Positions 49,773 through 60,148 of a stretch of 64,000 nucleotides of DNA are shown here, piece after piece. The notes under the pieces were generated by a model that saw nothing but the letters and a program-made list of their open reading frames with translations, ran no database searches and was not told the origin of the DNA. The DNA comes from Thermoplasmatota archaeon (lineage in GTDB: Archaea > Thermoplasmatota > Thermoplasmata > UBA10834). The stretch covers positions 352,001 through 416,000 of the forward strand of contig JBFMHR010000001.1 of assembly GCA_040751795.1 (NCBI GenBank), in the 5' to 3' direction. The first letter of the stretch is position 1, and every line of letters starts with the position of its first letter. The position numbers and the translations under genes were made by a program.

Positions 49773-51781
49773 GCAGTTTCGAAGATGCGTCCAGACGGTT
49801 TCATTCTGAGATAAGCTCTAGATCACTCGGATTGAGTCTCCTGAAGGAACACCAGTTCGTGGAGGATGTCGGCGAGATCTTGGTCGACGCCGGAGAAATC
49901 GAGGACTGCACAAGGTGCTCATATCAGGCCAGAGGCATCAAGGTGGACGGATACTACTACGATGCGGAATTTGGCCAGCTGACCCTAGTCGTTGCTCTGT
50001 GGAAGGACGAGGTAGAAGAGGGAAAGTCCAAGGTGACGAAGACCGAGGTCGATGACACCTTCCATCGATGCCTGAACTTCATCCGGAGGAGTTTCACAAG
50101 CCTATCGGACAAGATTGACATCTCCAACGAGGCACACGACCTGGCAAGCCTAGTCCGGGAATGTCGAGACGAGATTGTTGACGTAACGATAATCATGATC
50201 ACCGATGGGATAACGGAGAGAAGACCTGCGGAGTACGAAACCATCGACGATCTAGATGTCAAGAAGATCATCTGGGACATGAAGAGGATCCTCGACTTCG
50301 TTGAGACAGGAGAAAGGGAGATCATTTCTGTTGATTTCGGAGACCAGGGGAAGATACCCTGCCTCTACGAGACAAACGGCGGTGGAGTCTACACCTCATA
50401 TCTCGCATTTCTACCCGGTGATCAGCTGGCGGATCTCTACTCGCGCTGGGGAACGAGACTCTTGGAAATGAATGTCCGGGTGTTCCTGTCGGCGAGGGGA
50501 AAAGTGAACAAAGGAATCCGTGAAACCATACTGACCAGCCCCAACATGTTCTGCGCGTACAACAATGGCATAACAGTGTTTGCCAGGGAAGTGCAATTTG
50601 TCAAAGAGAACGGTCACGCGGGACACATACTAAGAGCCACAGACTTCCAGATTGTCAATGGGGGTCAGACGGTTGCGTCCCTCTATCATGCCAAGAGGAA
50701 GCAGAAGGCCGACCTGTCCAAGATCCTTGTGCCGATGAAACTCATAAGCATAAGCCACGAGGAGGATATCAGCACACTCGTCCCGCGAATAAGCGAGTAC
50801 TCCAACACTCAGAACAAGGTCTCGCTCTCGGATCTCGCCGCGAATGATGAACCTCATCCCGAACTCCACGAACTCTCAAAGCGGCTGCAGGCACCGGACC
50901 CCACCGGCGGTTCGATCATTACGTATTGGTTCTACGAGAAGGCAAGAGGAAGCTACGAGGAAACGAGGCGACTTGACGCAAAGACATCCGCCAAGGAGAG
51001 GGCATTTGACGCCCTCTACCCCAAGAACCAGAGATTCGACAAGGGATTGTTTGGCAAGGTATGGAACACATATCTTCGAAAACCGTACATCGTATCACTC
51101 GGTGCGCAGAAGAACTTCGCTGAATTCAATTCCTGGCTGAAGGAACAGCAGCACGAACTCGAACCATTCTTCAGACAGACCGTCGCCCTCCTGATACTCT
51201 GGAGGGATGTCGAGAGACTGGTCAGGAAACAGGGATTCGACGGATACAGACACAATATCGTCACATACACACTAGCATGGCTCTTCGAGCTCACCCAATC
51301 CCGAATCGATCTTGAGAAGATATGGCGCGAGCAGAAGTCCGGAGAAGGTATACTATCAGCGACAGAGGAGATGTGTCAGATCGTGAACGCGCATATAAGA
51401 GACACCTCCCAGAACGTGACCGAATGGTGCAAGAAGGAGGAATGCTGGAAGACGCTTCTTGAGAAGGAATGTTCTCTGCCCCAGGACCTAGAATCGAGCC
51501 TACTGGGGCACGATGCCGCTGCTCCAAGGTATGATCCGAGAACCAGGGATGAACGCGAGGCAATCGAATTCTGCCAGGACAAAGGATCACAGGCGTGGTA
51601 TGACTTGGCGTCTTGGCTGAAGGATCACAATTTCCTGACAGGGAAGGCGAGAAGCCAATGCTTCAACATGGGTAGATTCCTCCAGCGAGAGAAGATTCCA
51701 TCACAGGCTCTCTCCTACGCATGCAGGAGAATCTGGCAGGATGCATCTCTTCGCGGATGGAAATGGACCGGCGACACTTGA
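49769..51781 (+). CDS. AIPR family protein (MzaE-like)
   Basis: LLEMNVRVFL, AYNNGIT, QIVNGGQT, NTQN. Confidence 0.92.
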   Translation: MSSFEDASRRFHSEISSRSLGLSLLKEHQFVEDVGEILVDAGEIEDCTRCSYQARGIKVDGYYYDAEFGQLTLVVALWKDEVEEGKSKVTKTEVDDTFHRCLNFIRRSFTSLSDKIDISNEAHDLASLVRECRDEIVDVTIIMITDGITERRPAEYETIDDLDVKKIIWDMKRILDFVETGEREIISVDFGDQGKIPCLYETNGGGVYTSYLAFLPGDQLADLYSRWGTRLLEMNVRVFLSARGKVNKGIRETILTSPNMFCAYNNGITVFAREVQFVKENGHAGHILRATDFQIVNGGQTVASLYHAKRKQKADLSKILVPMKLISISHEEDISTLVPRISEYSNTQNKVSLSDLAANDEPHPELHELSKRLQAPDPTGGSIITYWFYEKARGSYEETRRLDAKTSAKERAFDALYPKNQRFDKGLFGKVWNTYLRKPYIVSLGAQKNFAEFNSWLKEQQHELEPFFRQTVALLILWRDVERLVRKQGFDGYRHNIVTYTLAWLFELTQSRIDLEKIWREQKSGEGILSATEEMCQIVNAHIRDTSQNVTEWCKKEECWKTLLEKECSLPQDLESSLLGHDAAAPRYDPRTRDEREAIEFCQDKGSQAWYDLASWLKDHNFLTGKARSQCFNMGRFLQREKIPSQALSYACRRIWQDASLRGWKWTGDT

Positions 51782-52105
51782 CCCGCGAGAGACTCAGTCT
51801 GTGCAGCAATTGCGCCATCATCCCATGTGCTGTGGGAGATACAGCATCGTATGACATCACCACCTCCCAGTCTGACTGCAGAATCCAGCCAAAATCTTGG
51901 TACAGTCAATGGCAAAGGCAGAGCAGACCCTGTCCTGATCCGATAACGGATCCAAGGGATGAATGGGTTCTCAGACTTGCATCAGAACTCTCCACTGCTA
52001 CATTGCCATCAGCCACCAACAAGATATCCACATACACATGACTGAAGCCTGCATGTAATCGGATGGGAATATCAATCAGTCCGCGTGTAAGGTATCTGTG
52101 TGAGA

Positions 52106-52306
52106 ATGCCCCGATACGTAAGTATCTTGGTCAACAATGGTACCGTAGAAGACGTGTCCATGTTCGAACACTCGAGGGATGCATATGCATGGATGACCAC
52201 TTTGAGGGAGCTGTTTGGCCTGAACAACACCTCATCCTCGTTGATATGGGATACTATGCATCAGATCCCAGTTCAAGCGCTGAAGAACAGCAATGAAGAA
52301 TGCTAG
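52106..52306 (+). CDS. Small hypothetical protein
   Basis: Protein-like composition only. Confidence 0.35.
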   Translation: MPRYVSILVNNGTVEDVSMFEHSRDAYAWMTTLRELFGLNNTSSSLIWDTMHQIPVQALKNSNEEC

Positions 52307-52623
52307 GCGATGGACAATAATCATCAAGTGCGTCCATTAGAGCACGGATTCAATCTCGACTTGGACAGGTTCAGTTGGTCACATCCATCGATTCTGGATC
52401 ATGCAAGTCGTCCTCTGTGTCTATCCACGAGGTGGACATTACCGCCTTCATACACTAGTCAGAAGCACCCGATATGTATCCTTGACAAGATCAACGAACT
52501 CGTCCTTCGACCTCTTCGCCGCGGAATCATAAGAACAGAAGATGCAGCTCGCATCCGAACACGCTAGTAAGATTGCTGCCTGATGAATCCCTTAAATGAG
52601 CTGAACACCACGCGATCTAGCAC

Positions 52624-53325
52624 CTAGATTAGGCTGAATGCTCTCTCGAACAGTTCCTCTCCGTAGTTGCGAATATTCGCACACGAAGGGAATATGCTAT
52701 ATACGATCCGATATTCGCGCGCACTGGCCTTGATTCTCTCTTGAGTGCCCGCCAAGTCGACCACAGACTTGCCACCTCCGATATTTCTGAATCCTTCGGC
52801 TTGCCTCAGCCCCGCTAGTGCCAGCCTTCCAAGGAGGATTATCGTTCGCGGGGACAACGCATTCACTTCTTCACCCAACAGCTCCCGGCCACTGAAGAGT
52901 GCCAACGACTTTGGAGCTCTCACGCTTGCCCTCTTCCTACACTTGATTACATCAGTAAGGAATCGATTCTCTCTCTTGAATGCCGTTAGCTTGCTGCTCT
53001 TAGGCATTCGTACATCGATAGAGAGCAGTTTGAAGATGTTGTCGCTAACTCTTCCAGTGCCGGGGAAATCCACGTCGTAGAAGTAGCCGTTCTCGGGTGG
53101 TGATTCCGCGATGAATAGCTCATCAACTCTGTCTGGCATCCATTCATCGTATACCTTGAACTCCTCGAATGGAAAGTTGTCTGTAATCATCCTTACTTCG
53201 GCTCTTGGATGCTTCGCAAAGAAATCCTGATATAAGCCGCGAATTCTCACAGAATCGACAGACCGCTTGACATCTGAGCCGCACATACCTACTGCTCCGA
53301 ATAATCTGGGTTGCACGAATTTCAA
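52624..53325 (-). CDS. Uracil-DNA glycosylase-like superfamily protein
   Basis: LFIAESPP, TDVIKC, IILLGRLA motifs. Overlaps the GmrSD stop by 4 nt. Confidence 0.7.
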   Translation of the reverse strand: MKFVQPRLFGAVGMCGSDVKRSVDSVRIRGLYQDFFAKHPRAEVRMITDNFPFEEFKVYDEWMPDRVDELFIAESPPENGYFYDVDFPGTGRVSDNIFKLLSIDVRMPKSSKLTAFKRENRFLTDVIKCRKRASVRAPKSLALFSGRELLGEEVNALSPRTIILLGRLALAGLRQAEGFRNIGGGKSVVDLAGTQERIKASAREYRIVYSIFPSCANIRNYGEELFERAFSLI

Positions 53326-55127
53326 GCACCAAGGGATGACTGGACTATGATTGGCTCATGACCGAAGACAACGAAGTCCGCAAGCACCCGCATTCTTGCA
53401 GCTCTAGCAATTACAGAGTGTGCATCCCACGCAACACCTTCTGGCATCGATGCATAGTTCAGTACTCTAATAGCTTTGTCGAACCGAGTGTTCAGTGTAC
53501 CAGTTTCCGCAATGTCTGCAGCAATTGACTTCGTTAATCGACAACTGCAGTTCTTGTAGATGCTTCGTTTCGCATCAAACTCTTGTGTCCCAGCAGACGT
53601 ATTCTCGGAGTTCGACAGAAGGGCTAGATTGCCAAATGAAGCAGCGAGATCATCATACTCATTCTCAGGAATGTGATTCCATCCTGATACACGTTCCTGA
53701 GGGGCTATATGCTCGAGTGTGTATCTTGAATAGTCATTGCCATCGAGGGCATGTGCCATCTTCTGAAGAATATGGGCAATCTTCCGCTCGTCACTCTTGG
53801 TCTCGCAGATGAATGACTCAAGCGCGTTGAGGGTAAGCTCCCTACGTTTCTCAACTTCATCATTCAGCTCCTCAACTATTCTCTTGAGGTCATCCACACT
53901 ATCTCTGCCACTGGAAATCCTCCCCGCAACTCGGGTGAAGAGATCCTCGAATTCGTTGGTACGAAGTTTGAGAATGGCTTGTTCAATGGCCAGTCGAGCC
54001 ATGTTCTCACTTATCTGATCGGAGATCTCCTTCTCAGTTCTCCTAATGTCCTCGCTAATCCTACCAGATGCCATCAAGACAACGTATGCCTGTCTGAAAT
54101 TCATGGCGTTTATTGTCTCTAGGTGGGAGAGTTTGGCCTCGTTGGCATACAGTCGGGCGTAGAGGTCCGATGCTTCCTGCAACTCCGTCATGCACAGTCC
54201 GACCTTCTCCTCGTCGGCACTCTCGTACTTCTCTTCGAACCAATCGTAGATCTCGTCCTTTGACTTGTACACACCGATAGACATCAGGTAGTGTTTCAGG
54301 AAGGTGGGGATTGCGACTATGTACTTCCTACGGGAGATAAGTCGGTCTATGATCTTGTTCCACTCGTCTTCATAGGATACCACCCGTTCTTCGACGACTC
54401 TGCTAAGGAGAAGTGCCTTAATTAGATCCTCTGGCTCTAGAGCGACTCCTCTTGAATTCAACGTCATGAAAACCCTGAAGGCGGACCTCTTGTCATTGGC
54501 CTCAGTGAATGCTGTGTATACGCAGTTGTACACGTACTCCATGTATTGATCCAACTTTCCTTCGCCATCGAGTCGGGCAACAAACCTATCGGCCCAGATC
54601 TTTGCATCAAGCATACTCTTCTCGAAAGGGTTCTCAGGCTTCATATCAGACCCGTCAGTGCCTCGGAGTATTGCCTCAAAGAACTTCTTGTCCTTGTCGT
54701 TTGATTCCAGAAAGAACTCGTCAACATACTGGACCGCAGCCTGAGATTGTCGGGCCTTCTTTGTCGAGAGCCGCCCTTGATGGTAACGCTCTCGAGTGTC
54801 ATCTCCCTTTATTCTGTACAGATCTCTCACAGCGGTGATTAGGAGAACGAACGTGGTCAATCTCTGCTGACCGTCAATCACAAGGAGTCTTCTTCTGTCC
54901 TTATCCTTCGCAAAGACCATTGCGCCGATGAAGTAGTTCGATGATGCGTCCTTCGCGAAATTCTCCTCAATATCCTCGAATAGAGAATTGACATCGTCCT
55001 CTTCCCATACGTACCTCCTCTGGAGAATGGGTATCTTGTAGAGCTTTTGACTCGTGGCGAATATTGTGCCAACATTTGTGGCACTCGACTCAAACTGCCT
55101 GACGTCCTCTGTCCGATACTCTGGCAT
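53322..55127 (-). CDS. DUF262-DUF1524 (GmrSD/SspE-like) nuclease
   Basis: IPILQRRYVW, DGQQRL, LNSRG, EHIAPQ...GNLALL...N. Confidence 0.92.
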   Translation of the reverse strand: MPEYRTEDVRQFESSATNVGTIFATSQKLYKIPILQRRYVWEEDDVNSLFEDIEENFAKDASSNYFIGAMVFAKDKDRRRLLVIDGQQRLTTFVLLITAVRDLYRIKGDDTRERYHQGRLSTKKARQSQAAVQYVDEFFLESNDKDKKFFEAILRGTDGSDMKPENPFEKSMLDAKIWADRFVARLDGEGKLDQYMEYVYNCVYTAFTEANDKRSAFRVFMTLNSRGVALEPEDLIKALLLSRVVEERVVSYEDEWNKIIDRLISRRKYIVAIPTFLKHYLMSIGVYKSKDEIYDWFEEKYESADEEKVGLCMTELQEASDLYARLYANEAKLSHLETINAMNFRQAYVVLMASGRISEDIRRTEKEISDQISENMARLAIEQAILKLRTNEFEDLFTRVAGRISSGRDSVDDLKRIVEELNDEVEKRRELTLNALESFICETKSDERKIAHILQKMAHALDGNDYSRYTLEHIAPQERVSGWNHIPENEYDDLAASFGNLALLSNSENTSAGTQEFDAKRSIYKNCSCRLTKSIAADIAETGTLNTRFDKAIRVLNYASMPEGVAWDAHSVIARAARMRVLADFVVFGHEPIIVQSSLGA

Positions 55128-55435
55128 AGATTCCCCTCTGTTGACCCTCGCTCGAGATCAGTGGACTGCGACATACCTCACAATTGCAGATCCTCAACAA
55201 TTGAGAACGGCGAATCCACCAGCAGGAGGATTATCAGGATTCCCCGATCTATACCTTTCGATCAGTTACTCGTCTGAGGAGAAGGACGAAGAATCGGGCG
55301 AGATCGAATCACCACCCATTGATTGTGCTGACGATCCAGCCAAGAGCGAGATCATCAGACCTTCTACACCTATGGGCCTAACAGAAAGGATTGTGTACAA
55401 CCAGGAATATGAGGTGACGCACAGATCGAGGGGGA

Positions 55436-56443
55436 ATGTGGGTGACCCTTGAGTTCTATAACGAAGACATCGGACTGACACCAAACGAGAGAAAGCAGCT
55501 TCGGCGAATTAAGGCGAAGCTCACAGAGTCACTCGGAGACGCTCAGGAAAGATACTGTCTCATCGTAGATCTGATAATAGGACCGATCCAATACGACCTT
55601 GTCATGGTGAAGGGCAACGCCATCGCATCGATTGAGCTCAAGGGGTATCGTGGGAACGTGAGGGGAAGAGAGAACGGACGATGGAAGGTCGAGGGACCCG
55701 ACGGAGCCATCGTTGAACTCAACCAAGACAAGAACCCGTTCGCACAGGCGAGAGATCAGAGATACCGTCTGATGGGATATCTAAACGAGAGACTGCCAAG
55801 ACTGTCGAAACGATTTGATGGCACCCCTATACGGAATCTGTCTGCAATAGTGTGCTTCGAAGAGGGCAGCGTCTTCGACCCGTCCCAAATTGAACACAGA
55901 CTCTATCCGTGGTTCGAGGTGACTGACGAAGGAAACCTGGTGGATGCTCTCAGAGCGGTCTCGTCGCGGGAATTCGCCCTGAGGGATTCTGAGATTGATG
56001 CGTTGCTTGAAGAGTTGGGTGTTCTCCAACTGGATCAGGAAGATGTCAATCAGAGTCTAGTGGATGATAGCCCGCAACTCTGGAAGCCTCCCGCCGACGA
56101 CACCGTCATCACTCTAGATGAAGACGAGGACAGAGATGGGGCGACCGGAGACGGAAGATCAGACATAGGCATCAGCAACCTAGATCACCTCACGAGCAGG
56201 CATATCGAATCTGCTCTGGCGACGATCGACCGAACGGCCTGGCCATCCAAGCATGATTCGAAAACCTGGGATCTCGTCGCGCAGGGGAAGAGATATCCGC
56301 CAAAGTATGTCCTGTTCATCTCTAATCAGATTGCGGGTGGCCCGCCCATCAAATTCACAGCTCATAAGGCGAACAGGCATCTGACTAGACTTGGATACAC
56401 AATCGTACGCAAGCATACTGGAGAACCCTGGGCCAGGCGGTGA
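55436..56443 (+). CDS. NERD nuclease-domain protein with C-terminal DNA-binding-like domain
   Basis: YDL...IELKGY...NPFAQ NERD motif. C-terminal YPPKYV...AN..L..LGY segment. Confidence 0.75.
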   Translation: MWVTLEFYNEDIGLTPNERKQLRRIKAKLTESLGDAQERYCLIVDLIIGPIQYDLVMVKGNAIASIELKGYRGNVRGRENGRWKVEGPDGAIVELNQDKNPFAQARDQRYRLMGYLNERLPRLSKRFDGTPIRNLSAIVCFEEGSVFDPSQIEHRLYPWFEVTDEGNLVDALRAVSSREFALRDSEIDALLEELGVLQLDQEDVNQSLVDDSPQLWKPPADDTVITLDEDEDRDGATGDGRSDIGISNLDHLTSRHIESALATIDRTAWPSKHDSKTWDLVAQGKRYPPKYVLFISNQIAGGPPIKFTAHKANRHLTRLGYTIVRKHTGEPWARR

Positions 56444-56457
56444 CAGTCGGAGGGACA

Positions 56458-57573
56458 ATGGCGCGAAGCAACGAAGACCACGTCATAATAGGCGAGGATC
56501 ATCGGGTATTGCTGGATATACTGAAGGCTGGCCCGACTTTCGACTTCGAGCTATATACGAGATTCGGAGATGAGCTGGTTTCCCTCTTGAGAGATCTCAG
56601 GACGAATGAACATCCAATTCATTCCCTGGGCGCATGCGACAAATCGCATCCCTGCGCAAGAATTCACTACTTTGACAAGCCCGGAGCCGAGCTTGCCATG
56701 TGTATCACGTGCAAGAGCAGTGAGAAGGAAAGGGGGCCATTCTGCTCCGAGAGCTGCCAGCTTCGATGGGAAGAAGAACGGCTCTCGGAACTGTCTTCAG
56801 GAGACATTCTAACACGGATCGAACGGGAGAGGAGACTTGCCAAAGCTCCCGAGAGATACCGGGTAGCATCCAGCGATGCCCAGGAATCTGTGCCCTATTC
56901 TCACCGACCTCGGGGCATCGGTTCGGAACGCCTCTCGACAACAATTCCGCCGCACCTGATCGGTCATCTTGCCAAGAAAGCGGCAATAAGGGGTTCGATT
57001 CCAAGACGCCAGATATCAGTGATGGTAAGAGTAGCAGAACAGCTCTACAATGGCGTGTGGGTGTCCGAGGGTGAACTGAGAGATCTTGACCTTGCACTGG
57101 CGCAATGCCTAGACACGAACACCGTCGAAGCGGAATGTCACGACCGCAATTGTGGGATGTGTAGACTACTCGTGAGTGATCTTGACCATCTAAACCGCTT
57201 GAGGAATCGCATGATTAGTGTCCCTCCGGTTGGCATTAAAAGCGCAAAGACTTCTGAGCCTCCGCAGACTGAATCTAGACCCCTAGAAGGTTCATCACTC
57301 TTTCCTCCGCTGCCGATTCAAGAGAAGAATGCGGATCCAGATGGTCATTGGACAGAACGTGATAAGGGACTAACGATGAGTCGCGACGAATCTATTCTTG
57401 AGCATGATATAGGTCACGCAACATCAACTATCACTGAGGGAATGGCCCGCAACAGCGGCGTCGAGGGTGACTTCTCGGGAGGATGCGATTCCAGTCTCAG
57501 AGTGAAGAGGTCTATCCCATCGCGTATCCGGGCATTCCTAGAGAGAACCTACCGTTGGGCGAAATCGCTGTAA
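56458..57573 (+). CDS. Hypothetical protein with Cys clusters
   Basis: CITC...FCSESC and C..C..C motifs, SD GGAGGGA. Confidence 0.55.
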   Translation: MARSNEDHVIIGEDHRVLLDILKAGPTFDFELYTRFGDELVSLLRDLRTNEHPIHSLGACDKSHPCARIHYFDKPGAELAMCITCKSSEKERGPFCSESCQLRWEEERLSELSSGDILTRIERERRLAKAPERYRVASSDAQESVPYSHRPRGIGSERLSTTIPPHLIGHLAKKAAIRGSIPRRQISVMVRVAEQLYNGVWVSEGELRDLDLALAQCLDTNTVEAECHDRNCGMCRLLVSDLDHLNRLRNRMISVPPVGIKSAKTSEPPQTESRPLEGSSLFPPLPIQEKNADPDGHWTERDKGLTMSRDESILEHDIGHATSTITEGMARNSGVEGDFSGGCDSSLRVKRSIPSRIRAFLERTYRWAKSL

Positions 57574-57602
57574 TCTCCAATTGATGCTACCTGCACTCTT
57601 CC

Positions 57603-59537
57603 TCACTCGCCCCACTCATGATGTTGGTCTCCATGTTCGATTCTAGGATCGTCGATTCTAAGGGGACATCCATCGATTCGCGACTTCACGAACCGTTCCG
57701 TATCTCGGTCAAGGAAGCAGACATAGCACCCTTTCATGCCTCTAGTTAGAAGGACGCGATACGTGTTCTTCACAAGGTCAGTGAACCGCTCTCTCGACCG
57801 CTTCACCACCTTATCGTGACTGTACTCGCTCTGGCCGCGCCACCCCTGCGCATCCAGGTCGTACACGAGGTCCTCCCCGAATATGACACCCCCATAGTCG
57901 AACTCGAACCCCTGGGCGGTGTAGACGCACCCGACCTGACGAATCCCGTTGGGGTCGTACGCCCAAGTCATAGCCTTCGGAATACCCTTGGCGAGCCTCC
58001 TCGCCTCTGGTCTGGCGTTCCAGGGGCGCCTGTAGTCCCCGACCACTACGTCGTCGACGAGAGTCCCGTCCGGCCTGGGGTCAGACCAAGGCCAGCAAAA
58101 ACCCGCCACCATCCTGCCCGTGTGTCCTTCGGCCACCCTCTCTAGGACCGCCCGCTCGACCTCCTCGGGGCCCTTCATTATCCTGAAGTCGAACTCCTCC
58201 CTCGGGTTCCAGAGCGCGTTCGCCGTCCTCTGCACCCCGAGGGTATTGTTGACCCATCCGACGAACGCCTCCGACCCAGCGCACCTGAACTGCGTCTCGA
58301 GCTCGTACTCGAACACGCTGCACCCCAGCCTGCCCGCGCAGTTCCTGATGTACTCGGTCGAGCCGATCTCACCCGGCCTCACGACCTGGTGGTCGTCTAT
58401 GAAGAACACGCTGACCTTCGCCGCGCGCAGGAGCTCGTCGATCTGCGGGGCAGTCGACCGCTTCGCCCTCGCCGTGAACCTGCTGCTGCTGTTCTCCCTG
58501 ATCCTGTGCGCCTCGTCCGCCAGCAGGACGTCGATCGAGTTGTAGTCGGCCTCCGTGTAGCTGTTGAAGTACTTGAACTGGACCCCTCCCCTCGGCCCGA
58601 TGACCTTCCTGAGGGTCTCCGTGAACGCCCTCGAACCCGTGGCGTACTGCGCGTTGAACCCCTTCAGCAGGAGGTCGGCCATCAGGTTGATGGCGATGAC
58701 GGATTTCCCGGTGCCGGGGCCACCCCTCACTATCATGACTGACTTCTTCCGGTCGTGGAAACCGCCCTTCGCGCAGGCCAGGACCTTGTCGTAAACCACG
58801 AGCTGGTCGTCGAGGAGTATGTACTCAGGCTTGCCCTTGATGACGCTCCCGACGTGGTCCATCAGCTTCTTGCTGGGACGGCACTTGCTCTCCTCAACCC
58901 GCCGGAGGGTCTCGAGGCCGTGGCCTCCGCTCAACCATGACGTCAGGTAACCCTCAAGGCTGTCGACGTCGCTCATGGTGTACAGCGGGTTCCTCTCGAT
59001 GACGGCACTGAACTTCTCGGCGAGGATCGCATCATCCTCGACGGGGCTGTAGTTATGGAGGTACGTGCAGGCGTTGAGTCGGATGGGACTGCTGCCGTCG
59101 TAGAACGCCGTGTGGGTGTCCTCGAGGTAGTTCCTGTACTGGCCCACCTGCACCGAGGGGTGGAGCACCTCCCTCTCGGACCCGCCCACCCACGTGAGGA
59201 CCTCGTTCGCGCCGTCAGCGGGGGAACACCGGTCCCACTGCTTCAGTTCGACTATGACGGCGTTGTCACGGCCCGTCCCATCATGGCCGCATATCAGGCA
59301 GTCGAGCCTCCGGGAGGTGAGGGGAAGCTGGTACTCGACCATCACGCCGTGGTCCAAGAGGTCGGCGTGCTGGAAAACCATCGATATAGACCTGAGCGAG
59401 TTCCTCCACGAGTTGACCTCGCCGCCGGACGGGTTGTGACCGTACTGCTCGAAGAAAGACAGTCTGAGCTTCTCCGCTATCTGGTTCTGGTAGGTGTCCT
59501 CGATGAACTGCTCCGACGAGCCCGAGTAGAGCCTCAA
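57603..59537 (-). CDS. DUF2075 / Schlafen-group-3-like nuclease-helicase
   Basis: RLD...VELKQW, GGPGTGKS, DEAHR, QGFEFDY, YRVLLTRG. Confidence 0.9.
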   Translation of the reverse strand: MRLYSGSSEQFIEDTYQNQIAEKLRLSFFEQYGHNPSGGEVNSWRNSLRSISMVFQHADLLDHGVMVEYQLPLTSRRLDCLICGHDGTGRDNAVIVELKQWDRCSPADGANEVLTWVGGSEREVLHPSVQVGQYRNYLEDTHTAFYDGSSPIRLNACTYLHNYSPVEDDAILAEKFSAVIERNPLYTMSDVDSLEGYLTSWLSGGHGLETLRRVEESKCRPSKKLMDHVGSVIKGKPEYILLDDQLVVYDKVLACAKGGFHDRKKSVMIVRGGPGTGKSVIAINLMADLLLKGFNAQYATGSRAFTETLRKVIGPRGGVQFKYFNSYTEADYNSIDVLLADEAHRIRENSSSRFTARAKRSTAPQIDELLRAAKVSVFFIDDHQVVRPGEIGSTEYIRNCAGRLGCSVFEYELETQFRCAGSEAFVGWVNNTLGVQRTANALWNPREEFDFRIMKGPEEVERAVLERVAEGHTGRMVAGFCWPWSDPRPDGTLVDDVVVGDYRRPWNARPEARRLAKGIPKAMTWAYDPNGIRQVGCVYTAQGFEFDYGGVIFGEDLVYDLDAQGWRGQSEYSHDKVVKRSRERFTDLVKNTYRVLLTRGMKGCYVCFLDRDTERFVKSRIDGCPLRIDDPRIEHGDQHHEWGE

Positions 59538-59942
59538 CTAATCGTCTCCGTTCATGTCAGACGGTTTCGCGCGGGCCGAACGTACTTCGTCCCAGTCCTT
59601 TGCCCTGGCGACCTTCGCGACGGGATACTTGCTCTTGTTCTTGTGAATCTTATCGAGAAGCGCTTCCGACAAGTCAATGTCGAGGGCGTTGGCCATACAT
59701 GCACTGTAGATAACCACATCCGCGAGTTCCTCACCGATGCGTGCTCTGATTTCCTCACCCAGTTCTCCGCATTCTGGCGGATCGGGTTTCCATTGGAAGA
59801 GTTCGAGGAGCTCAGCGGACTCAATAGCTATCGAGATGGCAAGGTCCTTGGGCTTATGGTACCTCCTCCAATTCCTTTCGGACACATAACCGTCAACAAG
59901 CCGCTGGAAATCCGCAATGCCGAGTTCCTTCTCCATATCCAT
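59538..59942 (-). CDS. MazG-like nucleotide pyrophosphohydrolase
   Basis: ERNW..YH.PKDLA..I.IE.AELLE, EELADV, KYP. Confidence 0.9.
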   Translation of the reverse strand: MDMEKELGIADFQRLVDGYVSERNWRRYHKPKDLAISIAIESAELLELFQWKPDPPECGELGEEIRARIGEELADVVIYSACMANALDIDLSEALLDKIHKNKSKYPVAKVARAKDWDEVRSARAKPSDMNGDD

Positions 59943-60148
59943 GGCCCCCGATGTGCCCACTCGTGCGGAATCACCTTGCATCAGATTAAACTTTACAGGC
60001 AATAGGATGCATAGACTCTACTGATTGACCGTTGCTGCCACATCCAGAGATATGATTCCTAGGTACTTCCGTCGAAGCGTCCTGACACTCTCTCTTGCCT
60101 CGTCTCCCCCCGTTCGAAACACGTACAAGCAGGTGAGTCTCTATACTC

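Noticed and set aside
51782-52623. Short ORFs between AIPR and the UDG-like gene
   Set aside because: No recognisable motifs. Likely non-coding or decayed, apart from one low-confidence ORF.
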